The position numbers and the translations under genes were made by a program. Below are positions 1 to 10,104 of a stretch of 64,000 nt of DNA, piece by piece. Origin of the DNA: Paramoeba atlantica (taxonomy: Eukaryota; Protista; Discosea). The notes under the pieces were generated by a model, which saw only the letters and a program-made list of their open reading frames with translations, did not search any database and was not told the DNA's origin. The stretch is from positions 12,836 to 76,835 of the forward strand of contig CDRNVI010000017.1 in NCBI GenBank assembly GCA_977017575.1, written 5' to 3'. How positions within the stretch are numbered: the stretch's first letter is position 1; each line of letters begins with the position of its first letter.

Positions 1-1433
1 CTGCTAGCTAGTTTTGGAAGAGTTTTCGATGCAGCGATCAATGAGGAAGAGAATCTGCCCCATCGATTAGTTTCTTCGGATTCTTTCTGGGATCTTTTAC
101 ATGGAGCACGCATAGCTGCTTTGACACTTGCATTAAATTTTTGACTTGTTTCTGAATTTTTAAGAGAGTCCCAATATGGCCTATCCTCCTGTTCTCTGGC
201 CTTGGTTTTCCAACGAATTTGGAAATTTACAATGACTGCACAATGGGGTGTCGGACAAGGGGCCATCATTACTCGTTGTAAACGTACAGCTGAACAAAAG
301 CGCGAATTAAAAACTATGTGATCTAATTGTTTTGTCTTCCCGTCTGGGTTTTTTCTGGTTGGTGGAAAACGAAAAGTCCATTTCCGAGGCGAGGTACAGG
401 TCTCGTGGGCTGATTTCGCACCCAAACTCTCAAGAAACTCTCTTAAAGCCTTAGCTCTCTTTGACGAGCATTTTCGGCCCGACGGATTCTGTAGAGGAGC
501 GTTAAAGTCACCACAGATAATTTTTAGTGCTGCATTAGACTCGTGCCAAGCGTCAAACAGTGACTTATTAAAATCCTCCTGAATATCTTGTTTTGAAGAA
601 GCAATGGGGGAATAAACATTGAATAGCGTTGCTTTTGTGCTTCCAAAACGAACCGTCCCTTTCATAATTCTGTCAGAGACCTTTTCAACAAATAATTGCA
701 TGCGGCTAATAAATGCCATACCATTATATCCATTTATTGCGCTCATAAGATATACATGTAGCCAAATGCCTTCAATATAGAGTTTACGATGAACTATCGG
801 TTCGCTGCTTTCAAAAGTGAGCCTAGTTTCTTGCAATCCAAAGATAGGAGCCTTACAGCTCTTCATAAAAACAACCACCTTTTGCAATCTGAGACACTTC
901 CGCAGAGCGTTTACATCAGCGCTTTTAACCTTCAACGTGTCAATATTTAAGGTACCGATATTCAACCCCTCGTTCATAGCTGATATCATGGGCTTCTGCT
1001 CTCGGACGCCGCGCCGAGAGCAGCATTTGCGATTCCTAAACCTTTTGCGATATACCTTTACCTTCAGAGTTGCTACTTTTCCGCCTTGAATTAAAATTCG
1101 GGAATCCTTCGGAGGGAATGGAAAAAGACAATCCTTAGCTACATCGTATCTGATCAGGCTGGACCCGTTCCCACACGATATAACCGTCCCTTCCCATAGC
1201 CTCGTACACTTATCATACGTAGTACACCACGCGACAGCAAAGCGCTTCCCTGAAGATAAAGATAAAGCCAGCCGGCTCAGGGCCCGCGGCCGGAGTAAAG
1301 CTACTCCCTCTCTCTGCCGAGGAGGCAAAAAGAGGTTTCCCCGCTTGAACGTGGCCCTTCGAAGTTTGTCCTGGATCAAAAGCAAAGATTCAAAGGGTCC
1401 GGACGCCTCCGCCCGAATTTTATCAATTTCCAT
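1..1433 (-). CDS. APE-type non-LTR retrotransposon ORF, family C, N-terminal part (runs off window start; absent from ORF track)
   Basis: Manual translation from ATG at 1433 is open to base 1: MEIDKIRAEASGPFES..LWEGTV..FPFPP..IGTLNIDTL..GLQETR..NVYSP..ICGDFNAPL..QLDHIVF..PTPHC. These are APE endonuclease motifs, homologous to families A and B. Confidence 0.9.
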   Translation of the reverse strand, partial: MEIDKIRAEASGPFESLLLIQDKLRRATFKRGNLFLPPRQREGVALLRPRALSRLALSLSSGKRFAVAWCTTYDKCTRLWEGTVISCGNGSSLIRYDVAKDCLFPFPPKDSRILIQGGKVATLKVKVYRKRFRNRKCCSRRGVREQKPMISAMNEGLNIGTLNIDTLKVKSADVNALRKCLRLQKVVVFMKSCKAPIFGLQETRLTFESSEPIVHRKLYIEGIWLHVYLMSAINGYNGMAFISRMQLFVEKVSDRIMKGTVRFGSTKATLFNVYSPIASSKQDIQEDFNKSLFDAWHESNAALKIICGDFNAPLQNPSGRKCSSKRAKALREFLESLGAKSAHETCTSPRKWTFRFPPTRKNPDGKTKQLDHIVFNSRFCSAVRLQRVMMAPCPTPHCAVIVNFQIRWKTKAREQEDRPYWDSLKNSETSQKFNASVKAAMRAPCKRSQKESEETNRWGRFSSSLIAASKTLPKLAS

Positions 1434-1540
1434 TAATAAAATTTACAAGCTTAATAAAATTTACAAGCTTAATAAAATTTACAAGCTTAATAAAATTTAC
1501 AAGCTTAATAAAATTTACAAGCTTAATAAAATTTACAAGC
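1433..1540. repeat. 6 x 18-nt tandem repeat TTAATAAAATTTACAAGC at head-to-head junction of family C (-) and family B (+)
   Basis: Read directly; gives the NKIYKL repeat in ORF 1345..4404. Confidence 0.95.
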
Positions 1541-4500
1541 TCTCTTGGGCCTTTCTATTTACACTCTCTTGGGCCTTTCTTCGAAACAGTGAAAATCGTC
1601 AAGCATTTATTACCAAAGTTCACTCTCAATCTGAGAAGGGGGGTAATATCAAGCAAGGGTGGGAACGACTTTCGAACAGTATAATAACCGCCGCCAAAAA
1701 TTTTAAGAAGCCACAAAAACGTACGATAAACAGAGAACCTATTAAGCATGTGAAGATAAATAACCTGCGGGGCCTTTATCAGAGAAGCAGACAGAAGACT
1801 ACGTTTAATGAGTTAATAAAAGAACATAAAAAAGATATTGAACAGACCATTTCGGAAGAATGCTTAGAACTTGAGAACAAGCTTCGCAAGAATCACTCAA
1901 ATCCATGGAGAACTCTTCGGCAAATATGTGGACAATACCGTACTCAGTTCAATACAAATGGTGAGACGCGTGATATGAAACTACAAGCGATCGGTGAACA
2001 TTTCTTAAAATTCAGTAATTATGATGCAGGAGATCCAAATATCAGTTTCGACCCTATTCCACCATTATTCGTGCCGATCGAGGGTGGCCCATTTATTGTT
2101 GAGGAGTTGACTTTGTCAGTGAAGCATTTTGGGAGAGGACGAGCACCCGGAAGCGACGGAATACCTATGGAGGCCCTACAAGCTATCGCAAGTCACGAAG
2201 TTCTAAGAGAGCATCTTTTAGGTATAATAAACAAAGTTTATGAGACCGGGTCTACGGATGAAGCTTGGCGAATGACACTCCAGATACCCATACCAAAGAA
2301 AGGGGATCTCACTGACATTTCAAACTGGAGGCCGATATGTGTGGTGAATAGCGTTGTTAAACTGATGAATCACATGATTCTTTCACGCATTCGGCCCAGC
2401 GTAGAAGGTTTCCTACGCGATAATCAGTATGGGTTTCGGCCAAACAGATCTACAGCTGGCGCCCAAATCATTATGAACGAGGTTAAAACCAAGGCTTTTC
2501 GAAAAGACGGAATAATGGTAGCCTTTGTAGATTTTGCTAAAGCATTTCCCTCCGTATCCTTTGCTGCTATAAAAGCCTGCCTAAATGCTTTCCGAGTTGG
2601 CAATCGATTGTCCACCACAATCTTGTCCATCTATCGCGACTTGAAAGGAACAGTTCGAACGCCGTTTGGTAATACTGAACCTTTTCCAATCACCACAGGG
2701 ATTCTACAAGGGGATGTATTAGCTCCCTATCTATTCGTTATGGTGATGGACAGGATTCTACACAAGGCTCTCGACGACGGATCAGATGGTGTTCTTCTGA
2801 AATCTAGAGGTACACGAAAGCGAGGGTTAAACGAAAAACGACTGAGTGATATCGATTATGCCGACGACGTCGCGCTATTTAGTGATTCGAGGGAAGGTTT
2901 GCAAAATATGATAAACAGCGTTTCTCGGGAAGCAGTCAAAGCTAATCTACGACTTGCGGTTGGTCAAACGAAAACTGCATGGATGTCTTTTGGTAAAGTT
3001 GCACGTTCCGAAAACGACCCCGTCATCTACAACAACAACTTGGAGGTACCAAAGGTGGGGTCATACAGGCATCTGGGGCAACGTCAAGATCAAGATTTTT
3101 CTTCCACCGTAAAAGATCGATTAAAGCTTGCATTGGGATCACTCCATCGTTTAAATGGAATTTGGTCTTCTCCTCTAAGTGAAGGGATGAAACTTCGACT
3201 TTATGATGCCTTAGTTTACCCTGTGCTGAATTTTGGAATGGGAGCAGTTCATATTTCTCAAAAGGAGCTCCGTAAAATTGATATTGAGGTCAACACAATG
3301 AGAAGAATTGCCACCCGTTCAAACAAAGTTGATGAGTACGGGTTATGCTACCCCAACGCTTCTCTCTATGTTAATACCGACCGGTTTTCTACTATTCATA
3401 AAGTACAGCGAGCAAAACTGGTGGGACATATGATCCGTCATTCTTCAGACTTTCGGGAACTGATTCAATGGAAACAACGTAGCAACGCTAGATTACCTTC
3501 CCCAAGTGAAGCTTGTGTTAAAGATCTTGGCATTACTATTGAACAAGCATTGGTTTACGCCATGGACCGCGAGCATTGGTTCAGAATTACAGAACAACTT
3601 CGTGACAACCTTGAACCAGCTGCAACCTATATAAAATCTGGCACGCAAAAGTGGAGAACCGCCGTCACAAAAGCCAAGAAGACTAAAGACTTGCGCGAGT
3701 TACAGTATATTGAAGAGTCAACGGATCCTTTCCCTAACTTTAAAGCTATGCAGATATATACGGATGCTTCTATTAAGAGTATGGTTAGTTCTCAGGAAAT
3801 TCGAAGTGGCGCTGGTATTGTGGTTATACCAACGAAAAAAGATCCAATAAGATGTTCAATCCCACTGGAAGTTACAACAATTGAGAGAGCAGAACTTCAA
3901 TCGTTTTATTTAGCTCTCAACAAATTGCCAGAAAATTCATGCGCGTGCTTGTTTCACACAGATTCGCATTACGTTTGGGACTTCTTTCACAATTTACGAA
4001 ATAAACGGCGCATTGTGGGATACACTGGGACAAAAAATGGCGACCTAATGTATGATGTGGACGCAAAGCTCAGGTTACTAAAATTCCATTCGTATAATAT
4101 ATATTTGTGCAAGGTAAAGGCGCACATTGGAAACAAATGGAATGAGGAGGCAGATGGTCTAGCACTTTTGGCATCACGAAAAGTGGCACGGGCTCCGACC
4201 CAAAAAAGGAGAAAAACGACTGCTAACTCGGAGGATAGTGAGAATTCACAACCGTTATGGTCTTTGAAAGCCTTACTCAAAAGGAAGTCCCTTGGAAATA
4301 AGCAAGCACGAGACATTCCATCATCCAAGCGCGAAGCTGAGGCGGAAGGGGTATTTCGAGGGAAGGTTGCGAGAGCTGGCGGTAATAGGAAACCGTCTAA
4401 GTAAGGAGAGAATTGATGGAATTATTTCTTTGCCAACTTAGAATACCTTGAGGATTATTCATAGGTTATCGGAAAAATATTGTTTGTTTGTACCGTATCA

Positions 4501-4605
4501 GACACATATAAACTCTGAACGTGGAAGCGATAGATGAAAGCTTTCAAGGTGTAAACATTAAGTTTTTCAACCGACTTTACGTCGGTCTTTTGGATTGGAT
4601 TGGAT
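1540..4605 (+). mobile_element. 5'-truncated APE-RT-RNase H element, family B (APE lost), ending in stem-loop + (GGATT)n tail
   Basis: Near-identical to 44609-47648; ends CCGACTTTACGTCGG-TCTTTT-GGATTGGATTGGAT. Confidence 0.92.
1564..4404 (+). CDS. Reverse transcriptase + RNase H of truncated family B copy (no genuine start)
   Basis: NWRPI, QYGFR, VDFAKAF, QGDVLAPYLF, YADD; RNase H YTDAS, RAEL, HTDS, AH..NEEAD. Confidence 0.9.
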   Translation, partial: LSWAFLRNSENRQAFITKVHSQSEKGGNIKQGWERLSNSIITAAKNFKKPQKRTINREPIKHVKINNLRGLYQRSRQKTTFNELIKEHKKDIEQTISEECLELENKLRKNHSNPWRTLRQICGQYRTQFNTNGETRDMKLQAIGEHFLKFSNYDAGDPNISFDPIPPLFVPIEGGPFIVEELTLSVKHFGRGRAPGSDGIPMEALQAIASHEVLREHLLGIINKVYETGSTDEAWRMTLQIPIPKKGDLTDISNWRPICVVNSVVKLMNHMILSRIRPSVEGFLRDNQYGFRPNRSTAGAQIIMNEVKTKAFRKDGIMVAFVDFAKAFPSVSFAAIKACLNAFRVGNRLSTTILSIYRDLKGTVRTPFGNTEPFPITTGILQGDVLAPYLFVMVMDRILHKALDDGSDGVLLKSRGTRKRGLNEKRLSDIDYADDVALFSDSREGLQNMINSVSREAVKANLRLAVGQTKTAWMSFGKVARSENDPVIYNNNLEVPKVGSYRHLGQRQDQDFSSTVKDRLKLALGSLHRLNGIWSSPLSEGMKLRLYDALVYPVLNFGMGAVHISQKELRKIDIEVNTMRRIATRSNKVDEYGLCYPNASLYVNTDRFSTIHKVQRAKLVGHMIRHSSDFRELIQWKQRSNARLPSPSEACVKDLGITIEQALVYAMDREHWFRITEQLRDNLEPAATYIKSGTQKWRTAVTKAKKTKDLRELQYIEESTDPFPNFKAMQIYTDASIKSMVSSQEIRSGAGIVVIPTKKDPIRCSIPLEVTTIERAELQSFYLALNKLPENSCACLFHTDSHYVWDFFHNLRNKRRIVGYTGTKNGDLMYDVDAKLRLLKFHSYNIYLCKVKAHIGNKWNEEADGLALLASRKVARAPTQKRRKTTANSEDSENSQPLWSLKALLKRKSLGNKQARDIPSSKREAEAEGVFRGKVARAGGNRKPSK

Positions 4606-4609
4606 ATAT

Positions 4610-5209
4610 TGGGACCCTTACGGAAAAGCAGGCTACAAATAAATTGTATGCCGAATTGAATGTGACCCTCATGCGAGCACAGGCTCGTATGATGGTTACA
4701 CGCATGGCTGTGCCCGACCCGAACGAGCCCATCACGGAAGGATAGTGTCGGACCCAACGGATCCTATGGTGGTGACATAGGCCACGGGTGCTGGTCGGGT
4801 CGACAGAGTCTATGCTCACGCCTAGCCCGCGAGGGCTAGGTACCCCAAGTGAGGTAGTACACGGGTAGTGAATCTCCTCCCCGTCGGCCAGCATCCTGTT
4901 TCGCGACCGTGTCGCTGTCGACACAGGCCCGCGCCTGCGCCCTCCCATATAGCAAGGGAAGGGTTCACAAGTCAGGCCGTGGAGTGGTCGAAAGACCCGG
5001 TCCGGAACGCGCGGATGGATTGGGCGTGGATTGCTTCCTTTTTTATTATTATTGTTATCAGAATCATAAATAGCTTAAGGCAGGTTGAATTACTAGTTTT
5101 GGGCCACAACATGTGAAATTGCTAATTTGATTGCTTGTTTACAAATGATATACCCCCCCCCCAATGGACCTTCATGGTTCATGTATTGGGTAATAAAAAA
5201 AAAAAAAAA
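4610..5209 (+). mobile_element. 3' fragment of CRE family D (last ~45 codons, structured 3'UTR, poly(A) 5195-5209)
   Basis: Matches 41700-42110 (..PDPNEPITEG stop 4745); the distal UTR instead resembles 15560-15680. Confidence 0.88.
4786..5018 (+). ncRNA. Conserved structured 3'UTR RNA element (copy in D fragment)
   Basis: GGGTGCTGGTCG/CGGCCAGCATCC stem, CTCAC-hairpin-ACCCCAA-GTGAG module, GGTC-GAAA-GACC hairpin. Confidence 0.6.
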
Positions 5210-5289
5210 GCGGACGGGGTCCTGGGGTTTGGAGGTTGTCCCTATAATTTTGGAAGGTTATGGATGTTAATCGGTTAACAGCTCTTTAT

Positions 5290-5520
5290 TCTCACGCCTT
5301 GTTTTTTCGGAAGCAAGGTTCCCCAATGTGAGGTAGAGATGAGTAAAGGTTTCCTTTGCTCTGCGGTTAGCGCCTTAATGTTTTTTAGCCGCGTCACTGT
5401 TGACACGGCCCTACGCATCACGCCTAGTTGCTCTACACTTCTAGGTACACAAGTTGGTCTAGGGCAGGGGTTAAAAGCGTAACCTGCGTAGCTCGTGTGA
5501 GCTTGTAAAGGGCGTGGCAG
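5290..5520 (+). ncRNA. Diverged copy of the structured 3'UTR RNA element from an otherwise unseen family
   Basis: CTCACG-CCTTGTTT(TTCG)GAAGCAAGG-TTCCCCAAT-GTGAG and CCGCGTCACTGTTGACACGGCCC, resembling the consensus. Confidence 0.5.
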
Positions 5521-5650
5521 TGGACTGGTCATCTATTGCTATCGTTATCCTTTTGTGAGTTCTGGGATGGTATATGAAAAATTATTTTACTATGTGATTG
5601 GGCATTTCTTTGTTATTTTATTTTGATTGTGTGACGTGTGTGTGGGCAGG

Positions 5651-6730
5651 TTGGCCGAGGGTTCCGGTGGGGGGGAACCCCGTTAACAACGTGACACATT
5701 ATTATTGGTTCTATGCAGGCTTTCTTTTGAACTATGTTTGTGCATGTGAATTCTATCTATATATCGTATTATGTGTTCTTTGATTTTGGGACGATTTGGA
5801 AGTGTGATTATATTAGTCATATGTATTTACTTTATATGTATTTATTTTTTTGAGGCTTTTGGGAGATATGATTCAGGTACGTAATCACCTCCAGGCTCTT
5901 ATTCTGTTGCTATCTGGTTTTTGATCGAACTACGGCACTGCCCGGTACCAAACATAACAAGGTACTAAACAACTAGGGTGAGTGACCTGCATGCTTATTT
6001 TCATGTTTTCTTATTCTACATTTCACATTGTAGATTCTTTTATTGCTGTCCGGTTTCGATTTGATTGTGGCACCATCCGGTACCGAATATAACAAGGTAC
6101 TACACAACTAGGGTGACTGCCACACAGGATTTTTTTTCGGTTCGCGAGGCGAGTGAGTGTTCCTTATTGTAAGACCTTTCCTTATTGTAAGACCTTTCCT
6201 TATTGTAAGACCTTTCCTTATTGTAAGACCTTTCCTTATTGTAAGATTTACTTATATTTGTTTGTTACTTATAAGTTTCATGGAGCCCCCTCGGCTTGGA
6301 TTTCTAATAGTCCACGTTTTGAAATTTAGCCGAGGGGCTGTTATATATTTGCCTGCTGGCCCTTCGTGGCACATAGTTTCTTCGAATTATGATTTGTATT
6401 CAGAATTTTACATGGGATGGGTATTTACTATTATCTTATATATCCTTGTTAGGTTGTTATTTTACTTTGCTTTAAGTTTTTGTGCCCACCCACCAAGCCC
6501 CCAGCCATTTGGCCGAGGGTTCCGGTGGGGGGGAATCCCGTTAACAACGTGACACATTATTATTGGTTTTATGCAGGCTTTCTTTTGAACTATGTTTGTG
6601 CATGTGAATTCTATCTATATATCGTATTATGTGTTCTTTGATTTTGGGACGATTTGGAAGTGTGATTATATTAGTCATAGGTATTTACTTATATTTGTTT
6701 GTTACTTATAAGTTTCATGGAGCCCCCTCG
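5651..6730. repeat. AT-rich non-coding mosaic with internal direct duplications
   Basis: ~5651-5820 repeated at ~6508-6678; ~6246-6295 at ~6682-6730; ~5944-5980 at ~6079-6115. Confidence 0.8.
6160..6246. repeat. ~4.8 x 18-nt repeat TTCCTTATTGTAAGACCT
   Basis: Read directly (FLIVRP repeat in ORF track). Confidence 0.92.
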
Positions 6731-9181
6731 GCGTGGATTTCACAAGTAAAAATCTTCGCATTCATCGACGACATAAACCTAGCATCTGAGGACCAACTTT
6801 GAACACATGGAAGCGGGAGAACATCTTAGTGAGGCACAACGTCTGGAATTGGAAATCGACCGTCGCTCGATAAGGAATGCACTACAAGCGGCCAAGGCGG
6901 ACAACCTCAGCAAGGCAACAAGAATTCTAGACAATATATACAAAGATTCATTCCTCAATGCTGATGAGAAGTCGAACAAGCTTAGCGACCTTCACCCCAA
7001 AGGTCCCTTACCACAAAACATCGATGGAGACTTCCCTCGAATCGGGGTAGTTGATCAATCGGAGTTGCGTCAAGCGACGGCAAGGCTATCAAAAGGATCA
7101 TCGCCAGGGCCCACAGGATTCAGTGAAAACATGATGAGACTTCTAGTAGAGGATGAGGAATCGTGTCTCGCACTCTGTCACATGTTCCGCGACGTCATCA
7201 ACGGAGATCTCGCAGAAAACGTTCGTCAACGCCTAACTCGCTGCAGGATCATCGCGTTAGCAAAACCTCAGAACGGGATACGACCAGTGGCAATGGGAGA
7301 CACTATCCTCAAGATCTGCGGAACGATTCTTTTAATGCGACACAGCAATACAGTGGTTCCAGAAGGTTTTCCATTACAGTGGTTCCAGAAGGCCCCTCCC
7401 TGCGCTACCCAACCACTTCCATTAGAATCTTTGGGGGTAAACTTTCGGACGGATGCCATTAAGATTCTTGGTGCTTACATTGGCGCGGACCAGGTGGTAG
7501 AAAGTTTGCTTCTTCAAAAACTCGAGAAACACAAATGTCTGTTCCGCAGACTCCTAAAGATGGGTCCGAGCAACCTCTCACTGGCCATTTTGCGACGCTG
7601 TACAATTCCGCGACACGATTATCATCTTCGCGTACACAGACCGAATGCCACTCTTCATTTAGCGCATGTTTTCGACACAGAGGTGGGTAAGGTCTTGGAA
7701 AAGTGGTGCGGAGCTGACTCCAATGCTTTGCAACTCGCAGCACTTCCAAAAAAATTTGGTGGTTTAGGTATCACATCCACGATTCTGAAACACAAGTACT
7801 TCTTTGAAGCTGCCCAAACATCTATCGAAGAGCACCCAAAACCCATTAACGCTCCGGTAGGTTATAAAGGTAGCGACAAAGGTCAGAAGAAAATGCAGGA
7901 TCGAAAAGAGGTGGCACGAAAACTTCTGAAGAAGAACTTAAACACGGAGTATGAAAAGCAAGTCGCAGAACTTAAGAAACATTCGCATTTAGAGCTCATT
8001 CTGAACCGAAGCAAAGAAGCGAACTTACATTTAGAGAGTACGAATAACTATGTGAATCCTTACCTTTTCCGCTACACCCTAATGATGCGACTTGGAATAA
8101 GTCTACCGAAAGCGCCAATAAACGTCGTATGCCCGGGATGCTGTGGTCCAGAAACATCTTTTAGTATTATTCCACATATCGCAGGATGCTCGAGATGCTC
8201 AGGTATGAACTGCACTCGTAAACACTCTCACATCGTGCGCTATCTAGCTGACTTGTGCGCGAAGGCAGGACTTCCGTGTGTTATCGAACCGCGAATTCAC
8301 TCCTCATTTTATTGTACAAAGTGTAAATGCTCTATTTCTGCGGAGGTTTCTGACCAACATCCATGTAAGGCGCGCAGGATTCGATCTGGCCCCGACCTCG
8401 CTATCATGTGGCCCCATATGGGAGAAGTCCTCTATGATTTCACAGTGGTTCACACTTGCTGCAACAGTTACAAGAAACAAACAAGCAACTACCTACTGCA
8501 GCAAGCCCAGGAAAGGAAGTTCAAGAAATATGTGACAGAGAAAGGTGTGGACAGTGAGGCATTTCGTTGCATCGCCGCCTCAGATTGTGGTGTGTTGCAC
8601 AACGACACAAAACAACTATTAAAGGCGTTGGCTCAGCGCGCGAATCGAAAATATGAAAACGTGCGTGAGGCTTTTCAGCTGGAACTTGAAAAGCTATCGG
8701 CTTACACGGTAGTGTCTCAACTCCGAGATTACATCACCGATGAAAAGTGGATTGGGAGTTTACGACTCTAAAAGAGTTCACTACCACACGTATATCTCCG
8801 TACAAATAAGTATTGATTAGTTGCCTTCGAATATATTAGGTCCTTTCGAATGTATTAGATACTGCTACTTCTGCATTGATTCTTCATCACGTTTGACAAC
8901 AATTGGCGCGTATACAATAATTGATCCGGGAACTGTTCTTTTTTACTTTGAGGCTTTGCTGGTTTCGAGGGGACAAGTGTCATCCATGCTGTTTTATGCT
9001 GTTTTATGTGGTCCAACATATATTCGATTATTGAAAATTGTTGATCTTACCATGTGAATGGAACGATGCGTATTGCATCGGTACACGAACATTGCCCCGT
9101 AGTTTGTTCAAATTAGTTTCTACGGATAGTTGCCGGGGATTTCCAGACGGCGAGTAAGTTCAAAAAAAAAAAAAAAAAAAA
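6731..9181 (+). mobile_element. CRE-like family E, 5'-truncated and internally deleted, poly(A) 9162-9181
   Basis: Contains ORF 6807-8771, a 3'UTR and a poly(A) tail. Confidence 0.85.
6807..8771 (+). CDS. Family E protein lacking the RT core: RT domains 0-2, thumb, CCHC knuckle and RLE nuclease
   Basis: SSPGPTG and IRPVAMGD present; QQGD and YxDD absent; KILGAYIG, FGGLG, CPGC..H..GC, GPDL..YDFTVVH present. Confidence 0.85.
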   Translation: MEAGEHLSEAQRLELEIDRRSIRNALQAAKADNLSKATRILDNIYKDSFLNADEKSNKLSDLHPKGPLPQNIDGDFPRIGVVDQSELRQATARLSKGSSPGPTGFSENMMRLLVEDEESCLALCHMFRDVINGDLAENVRQRLTRCRIIALAKPQNGIRPVAMGDTILKICGTILLMRHSNTVVPEGFPLQWFQKAPPCATQPLPLESLGVNFRTDAIKILGAYIGADQVVESLLLQKLEKHKCLFRRLLKMGPSNLSLAILRRCTIPRHDYHLRVHRPNATLHLAHVFDTEVGKVLEKWCGADSNALQLAALPKKFGGLGITSTILKHKYFFEAAQTSIEEHPKPINAPVGYKGSDKGQKKMQDRKEVARKLLKKNLNTEYEKQVAELKKHSHLELILNRSKEANLHLESTNNYVNPYLFRYTLMMRLGISLPKAPINVVCPGCCGPETSFSIIPHIAGCSRCSGMNCTRKHSHIVRYLADLCAKAGLPCVIEPRIHSSFYCTKCKCSISAEVSDQHPCKARRIRSGPDLAIMWPHMGEVLYDFTVVHTCCNSYKKQTSNYLLQQAQERKFKKYVTEKGVDSEAFRCIAASDCGVLHNDTKQLLKALAQRANRKYENVREAFQLELEKLSAYTVVSQLRDYITDEKWIGSLRL

Positions 9182-9423
9182 GCGATGACCGTAAATTTCT
9201 GGTAGAGTGAAGTTCGAGTTGTGTCATCGCAACTTTCCTTTTGCGAGTGGAAAAAGGTTATAAGTCACTAGAGTAAAATAATGTATAGTATAGTATGCTA
9301 AAAGTATAATTACATGGTTCCCCCCGGAGGGGGCAAAATCAGGTACATATATGTATATGTGCCCCGTAGGGCCACGGTCAAAGAATAAATATTTTCTTCA
9401 AGCAATTCTTTCCGTAAACTCTA

Positions 9424-10069
9424 AGGATAACCGATCACCTAGGCGACCCTTGGAAACACGAAGGCAACACCAACAGACTATTAAGGACAGCACCCTCGGC
9501 GAACAAACGCCGACACGCTCTCAGCCAGCCCACCAGATCCAATCACCTCCAAAGCATTCCTCCGGCACAAAACCCATGACTAGCGAAACTGGTTGTTCCG
9601 AAGCACAATCGGACGGTAGGCGCGAAGACTTTGGCAACAGATATGCCCCACGAAACGGAAGCGACAAGCCCCCACCACTTCCGCAGAGCGCTCCCAAACA
9701 CCGCATCTGTCCTGCTGAAGGATGCGCCTGGCGCACGATTGCACATGGAGGGTCTTGGCAAGCATTTTATAACCACGTAGCGTACCACCACAGTACCGGC
9801 GTCCCGGCTGCATGGTGGGCAGCGGAAGGCAAGTTCCTTTGTGAAACGTGCGGCAAACACTACACGCTCAACCGTAAAACTACGCACCCGAAGACCTGCA
9901 TCGGTCAATCAAGTCAAGCAGCACAAATGTCAGTAGATATTTTTTCGCAGCACTCCATCGTAACAGAAACCGCCGAATTACCTACTTTGGCAAGTGTCTG
10001 CACACTCGCGAAGAGCACATGTAAAGACGTGCCCCACCGATGCCGTCAGCTGTGGGCGGAGATCTTAAC
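9424..10069 (+). mobile_element. Internal N-terminal fragment of family D (C2H2 and C2HC zinc fingers)
   Basis: Near-identical to 32893-33537. Confidence 0.9.
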
Positions 10070-10104
10070 CTCGGCAATTTTCTTCAACCTCGGCAATTTT
10101 CTTC

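Noticed and set aside
1345-1563. N-terminal 73 aa of ORF 1345..4404
   Set aside because: Read-through of antisense family C, the 18-mer array and filler; not part of family B.
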